IMG/VR virus record: IMGVR_UViG_3300005686_000008 | Strand: one strand, 5' to 3' | Origin: a virus | Taxonomy: Duplodnaviria; Caudoviricetes | DNA length: 64,000 bases | Part shown: piece by piece, positions 59,275 to 64,000 of the stretch | Layout: the number at the start of each line of letters is the position of its first letter | Position numbering within the stretch: position 1 is the stretch's first letter | Translations under genes and position numbers: made by a program | Notes under the pieces: model-generated | What the model was told of the DNA's origin: nothing | Databases searched by the model: none | The model's input: only the letters and a program-made list of their open reading frames with translations

Positions 59275-60689
59275 GCCATTCTTTCCAGAAACAAGAGATA
59301 GTGGGAACGTATGACCTTACTTCTACGGATAAGGCATCTTATAGCCTTACTGATACTTCTGCGTTCAAGATACAGTTTGTAAAAACAGATGAATCTATAA
59401 CTCCATATGTATCTGCAAAGTTTTGTGTTTTGACCGTAGAAGGTATTAAGGTGTTTGGGGGAGTTTTCCTTGATTCATCCGGCACTGAGTCTACTGTTAT
59501 ACAGATTCCAATAACAGGTCAAAGTATTGGAGATTTGGTTGAATCTCTTAATACATACGCTGATGTTGAAGCTGAAGTTGAGAACTCCATGAGCTTTGTT
59601 TCTTCTTTATCTCTTTATGATACTGCGTTTACACAGTCATCTGGTTCTTGGGTGTATTTTTCTGTGGCAAATGAGGGGATAAATTCTGTTTATTCTACAA
59701 TAGGAAGCGGTCTAAGATTGTTTTTGACTTCTCCAGAACCATTATCTGAACAGAAAAATGTTACTCAATCATTTGGCGGTTATACTAGTACGAATGAACT
59801 TTATGGAGGGATTTCTCTTTCTTCTGCTATGTCCGTATATGATACGGTTCTGTATCTTGGAGACTCTGTTACTGATGGATTTTCAATTGTAGATTTGCAG
59901 AAAAATGAATATGTTCAAATAGATGATGAAATAATTCGTATCAGCAAGTGGTCTGGTGTTACAGGATATATTTCTGAAAGGAATGTTTATGGAACTCCTT
60001 TTAGAATGCATCCTAAAGGCGCTATTGTTAGAGAACTAGTAAAGAACAGTTTTTTCGATTTGAATTTTGGTACAGAAAGAAAACAATATCGTTGCGTAGT
60101 TATAAAAAACATTAACACAAGCGAAATTGCGAAAGATTTGAAGGTATTTTTCGGTCTTAATAGTAGAAATAACTTATCATACACCAAAATTGCAATAGAA
60201 GTACCTTCTAGCGATTACTATGCCGGTGCATCATCCTCTTCTGGTATAACTGCTTTTTCTGTTGCGAGCTTGGTGGGAGCTTTCCCGGACAATCATTTTG
60301 TAAACGCTCCAATAGCTTTTATATCTGGAAGTAATAACGGACAAAGTAGGCTTATCAAGTCTTTCAATTCAAGTAGCGGCACTATAGAATTAGATGAAAG
60401 GTTGCCAAACTACATCGCGATAGGAGACCAATTCTATATTGATACAGCCCCATCAAGCAGAACAAAATCCGGAGGTAAAACTCCGACTGGAGCGAATATC
60501 TCAGAGTTTTTTGATGCAAATGACGAAACTAATGCTATCTCAATAAATGTTGGAGGCCAAAGAGCAAGCGGAGCAGATTTGAAACCAAATGAAGCTATTT
60601 ATGTTTGGATAGAACGCTCTATTTCAGAATCTAATGATGAGTTTTTAGATAACAGATTTGCTTTGAGCTTTATCTATAGTAGGGTATAA
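59271..60689 (+). CDS. Virion structural protein
   Basis: SFGGY, QYRCVVIKN and YVWIER motifs; ATGA overlap. Confidence 0.6.
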   Translation: MSHSFQKQEIVGTYDLTSTDKASYSLTDTSAFKIQFVKTDESITPYVSAKFCVLTVEGIKVFGGVFLDSSGTESTVIQIPITGQSIGDLVESLNTYADVEAEVENSMSFVSSLSLYDTAFTQSSGSWVYFSVANEGINSVYSTIGSGLRLFLTSPEPLSEQKNVTQSFGGYTSTNELYGGISLSSAMSVYDTVLYLGDSVTDGFSIVDLQKNEYVQIDDEIIRISKWSGVTGYISERNVYGTPFRMHPKGAIVRELVKNSFFDLNFGTERKQYRCVVIKNINTSEIAKDLKVFFGLNSRNNLSYTKIAIEVPSSDYYAGASSSSGITAFSVASLVGAFPDNHFVNAPIAFISGSNNGQSRLIKSFNSSSGTIELDERLPNYIAIGDQFYIDTAPSSRTKSGGKTPTGANISEFFDANDETNAISINVGGQRASGADLKPNEAIYVWIERSISESNDEFLDNRFALSFIYSRV

Positions 60690-60690
60690 A

Positions 60691-61758
60691 ATGGAACAAA
60701 TTTCTCTGAACATATTAGAGACCGACTATGTAAGATTTCTAGTTAAAGATACTGCTAGGATTTTCTTGAAGTTTGAATCAGCTCCTTTGATTGATGAAAT
60801 TAGCGGTCAAGTCGTTATGCTTTCTGGAGAACAGTTTCCATTTCTTGAAAAAACAGATTATGGAAATGGAATAAGACTAAAGCCGAAGTCTTCTCTTTCT
60901 ACTCCTTTGCTTTTGCAGAATACGTCTGAGTTCTCTATTGGGTTTTGGCTAAGACCTCACTGGGTAACGCCAACGATTAGCCCATTAACTAACCTTCCTG
61001 TTTATTATAGAATGGCATTGTTTGATAAGTCTGCTTTTTCTTATTCAAGCTACGGAGGATTTGTAAGCTCCTCGAACGGAACATTTGTCATATATGAGGA
61101 GAGTAGAGAAGATGGTTTCAATGTAATGAAGATTCAACTTACTAGTTCTGACAAAAGAACTGTATCTGTTGAAACGGAAAGATACGAAACTGGTAAGATG
61201 CATCATTTCTGGATAGCATATTATGGACCGTCTAGGAGACTTGAGGTTTACATAAACGGAGTGCAAGCAAAGTTGTTCTCTGAAGATGGATTGGCAATAC
61301 CTCAAAGCCTTAACTCGAACTCTTACTATTTCAATATCAATAACTCGGCTATTGGGTATAGCGCTTTGATAAGAGCAAATGCCGGATTGCTTGATGAGCT
61401 TGTTGTTCTTAATTCTTATGTTGTTGATTCTAAGACTTTGGCTAATGTTATAAATCTTGGAGTTGAATACATAATAGATAAGTCTTTACTATACAAAGAT
61501 ATTGTACACAAATGTTTTGCATGCGATGACCCAACCTCTTTAGGCGTTACTTCTGTTCTTAGTAATGGAAAGAACTTCTATGCAGGAAGGAATGATGGAG
61601 TTGTGTTTAGAGGCGATAGAACTATGTGGCAGGTTAGAAGAGATTTTGCCAATAAAGACGAAATTAAGTTTGTGAAGAAGAATGTATTCGATTCTAGTTC
61701 GGAGATTAGTGTTGAAGATGGGGCTTTAAAGCTATACAAGGCTTCAGTTAGGATTTGA
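60691..61758 (+). CDS. LamG/concanavalin A-like domain protein
   Basis: FSIGFWL, MHHFWIAY, VYING, GLLDELVV. Confidence 0.7.
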   Translation: MEQISLNILETDYVRFLVKDTARIFLKFESAPLIDEISGQVVMLSGEQFPFLEKTDYGNGIRLKPKSSLSTPLLLQNTSEFSIGFWLRPHWVTPTISPLTNLPVYYRMALFDKSAFSYSSYGGFVSSSNGTFVIYEESREDGFNVMKIQLTSSDKRTVSVETERYETGKMHHFWIAYYGPSRRLEVYINGVQAKLFSEDGLAIPQSLNSNSYYFNINNSAIGYSALIRANAGLLDELVVLNSYVVDSKTLANVINLGVEYIIDKSLLYKDIVHKCFACDDPTSLGVTSVLSNGKNFYAGRNDGVVFRGDRTMWQVRRDFANKDEIKFVKKNVFDSSSEISVEDGALKLYKASVRI

Positions 61759-61763
61759 CATAA

Positions 61764-64000
61764 ATGGCTATTTCTATAACGAGTGTTTTGGTCAATAACA
61801 AAGAAACGCAACAAGGAACAGTGATTGTTCCTCTTGGTGCGGTTACTATCAATTGGGACACACAAACAACTTCTCCATCTATAAAGCAGTTGTCATATGA
61901 AATTAGAATAGGAAAGCATACTATTAATTGGGGAGGTAACGATTATATCCCTGATATATTAAAGCAGCCATATGCTAGAGACAGGTCTCAGTATTGGAGA
62001 TTGAAGCAAAAATTCGTACAAAGAGGAGATACCTATTACGGTCAAATTCGAGTCAAGGATACGACTGGAGAAGAGAGCGAATGGGTTAAGTTTTCATTCA
62101 TTGTAAATCGTTTGCCGTTTTTAACATATGCAAAGATAACTCCTGAACAACCGTCTGAATCTACTGATTTGGAGCTTGATATTGGTTCTTCTTCGGAGTT
62201 TGTTTCTATAAAAACAAAATGGATGCGTAATGGTACGCATTATTCTCAGTTTGATAACTATCAGAAAATTTCTAAAGAATATTTGAGGTATGGCGATACT
62301 TGGTATTGCGAAATTACGCCTTTTGATATGCTTGAAAATGGTCCAACTATTACGGCTAAGTCTGTGAGCGTAACGAAGTTGTCTCCTGAAGTTGATTCTA
62401 TAAACATATTACCAATTAATCCTAATGTAGATGATATTCTTGAGGCAAGTTATTCTATCAACGATCCCAATACGCAAACAATACTTGTTGGCGATAAGAG
62501 TCAAATTAGATGGTATATAAATAATGAGCTTATAACTGAAGCAAATGATGAAAAGTTTGTAAAGTTTGCCTTAAAGCCAAAAGATGAAGTATATTTCACA
62601 GTAACTCCTAGCGATGGGATCTTCTATGGGGCCACAATGTCCTCTAGAAGCGTTATAATACAAGATCCTGGATTTAGGGTTGTAAGTCTCAAAACCGATG
62701 GACTTGTTGAAAATCTGAGCGTAAACAGCGTAAATCCGACTATTGAATGGGATGTTATCTCTCCATTTGACAGATCCAGCAGGTATGCTCATATAAAGAT
62801 TGGCACCGCTCCTGGCGCTGACAATATTTATAACAATATCATAGAGACTTATGATAATAAGTTCACGATTCCTGATAATGTTGTTCGCAGAGGCGTAGAT
62901 TACTATGTTTCCGTTGCAACTAATGACATTAAAGATGCTTTTACAAATTATGAAATAGGAAGATTTAGGGTTGCTGGTAATCTTTGGGAAAGAGAAGTTA
63001 GTAACGGGACTGGATGGACAATGGAGTTGTCTATAAGCGTTAGCGGAAGCGGATATCAGAGAATGTCCATTTCTGATGGCTCTAAATTCGCAGAAATAAG
63101 ATTCTATACTTCTAAGATTGAATTATTGCTTGGAAAGAGCAGTATCAAGGTTTTTGATACAGACGTATCTGTACCAAAGAATATCATAATCATTGGAAAG
63201 AATAGCGATATAAAGGTTTTCTCAGAGAACAATCTAATTCTTGATGGAACTTCAGAGTTTATACAAGCCGCAACAGAGAGGTTTATAGAAATAGGTTCTA
63301 ATGGAGGCTCCGAAGCCACTGGATTTGTAAAGAGAATAGCCTATAATGTTAGCGGAGATTATGAGCCAGGCGCTTCTGTATATTCAGATATAAGACTAGA
63401 AAAGTTTGTTAGCTTTACAGGAATGTCTATTGCTGATGTTACAGAACACGAAGGAGATGTTCTTGTTGCTGCAAATAGTTTGAATCAATCAGAAAGCGGT
63501 AAGATATTCAAAATCAAGGAAACTGAAAAACCCGTTCTTGCGGCAACGGAAAACGCAGACGTATTTGGAACAAAGATAAACGCATTTGCATTGTCTCCGG
63601 AAGAAAACATACTTTATATCGCTCATGGATATGGCGCAAGCTTTTTCGATAGTTACTTTATTCCCAAATACGATAGCGACTCTTTGTTTGTTGCAGGATT
63701 TGATCCATCTATAAACTTCTGGGAATTAACAAAGACAACCCCATTCAATGCCGCTTCATATATAGAAGAAGGTCTTGTAATTGATACAACTGTTTCAACG
63801 AGACAGTCTGAACTTTCTCAGTCATCTACCGAAGTTATTTCAACTGTTCATACAAATGCAATATCATTTTTCTCTGTTTACGATTCAATATTTAGCTATG
63901 ATTTCGATATTCAAATAACTAGTGATACTCTTACGATAAGATTGTACAACTCAGATACAGTTGTTTATACTACAACAACTGTTGATAAGAGTATTAGCGA
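61764..64000 (+). CDS. Large virion protein with FN3/Ig-like domains; 3'-truncated by the window edge
   Basis: ATG at 61764 (MAISITSVLVNN..); same frame is open at the window end and the ORF track shows no complete + ORF here; QLSYEIRIG, IGTAPGADN, VTPSDG motifs. Confidence 0.75.
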   Translation, partial: MAISITSVLVNNKETQQGTVIVPLGAVTINWDTQTTSPSIKQLSYEIRIGKHTINWGGNDYIPDILKQPYARDRSQYWRLKQKFVQRGDTYYGQIRVKDTTGEESEWVKFSFIVNRLPFLTYAKITPEQPSESTDLELDIGSSSEFVSIKTKWMRNGTHYSQFDNYQKISKEYLRYGDTWYCEITPFDMLENGPTITAKSVSVTKLSPEVDSINILPINPNVDDILEASYSINDPNTQTILVGDKSQIRWYINNELITEANDEKFVKFALKPKDEVYFTVTPSDGIFYGATMSSRSVIIQDPGFRVVSLKTDGLVENLSVNSVNPTIEWDVISPFDRSSRYAHIKIGTAPGADNIYNNIIETYDNKFTIPDNVVRRGVDYYVSVATNDIKDAFTNYEIGRFRVAGNLWEREVSNGTGWTMELSISVSGSGYQRMSISDGSKFAEIRFYTSKIELLLGKSSIKVFDTDVSVPKNIIIIGKNSDIKVFSENNLILDGTSEFIQAATERFIEIGSNGGSEATGFVKRIAYNVSGDYEPGASVYSDIRLEKFVSFTGMSIADVTEHEGDVLVAANSLNQSESGKIFKIKETEKPVLAATENADVFGTKINAFALSPEENILYIAHGYGASFFDSYFIPKYDSDSLFVAGFDPSINFWELTKTTPFNAASYIEEGLVIDTTVSTRQSELSQSSTEVISTVHTNAISFFSVYDSIFSYDFDIQITSDTLTIRLYNSDTVVYTTTTVDKSIS

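Noticed and set aside
1-64000. Stop-codon recoding (alternative genetic code)
   Set aside because: TAG ends only one called gene, but multi-kb ORFs are intact under the standard code and coding density is near complete, so there is no sign of reassignment.
1-64000. Minus-strand and nested short ORFs in the ORF track
   Set aside because: They lie within or largely overlap long + strand genes and carry no recognisable motifs. The Ala/Pro-rich one at 32794-33252 is just the antisense of the tape measure Gly/Ala tract.
1-64000. CRISPR array, tRNA/rRNA genes, diversity-generating retroelement
   Set aside because: No spaced direct repeats, cloverleaf, reverse transcriptase or adenine-variable repeat pair seen; intergenic gaps are all under about 180 nt.
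28417-64000. Bacterial contractile injection system or tailocin
   Set aside because: No sheath visible, and head-tail adaptor-like genes, phoH and homing endonucleases are present, which fits a phage better.

Overview
An AT-rich, very densely coded 64-kb stretch in which every credible gene lies on the + strand. It is best read as the virion-morphogenesis (late) region of a large, probably jumbo-size, tailed bacteriophage; the host cannot be determined from this window. In order: (1) a glycan-synthesis block (GT17+GT2 fusion, RmlB, a plant/giant-virus-type NRS/ER epimerase-reductase, RmlA, GT2, split GT9); (2) a fibre/adhesin cassette; (3) neck and head-tail proteins, an intein-containing PhoH, a 1034-aa unknown and an actin-family ATPase; (4) tail tube, tail-assembly chaperones with a -1 frameshift site, and tape measure; (5) about 30 kb of very large tail-tip/baseplate/Ig-like proteins. 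Two GT4 glycosyltransferases sit among the structural genes. Main observations: a free-standing LAGLIDADG endonuclease has invaded the 5' end of rmlA, stranding the old N-terminus and supplying a heavily recoded replacement N-terminus plus RBS, and an HNH gene shows a weaker version of the same layout; an AGG-N18-GWA motif recurs with fixed spacing in most intergenic gaps (candidate phage late promoter); a three-way-junction RNA lies in the phoH leader; the PhoH intein starts with Ala and has the class 3 signature; and the gene content suggests a self-contained virion-glycosylation system. All product calls come from motif recognition by eye; no database search was run.
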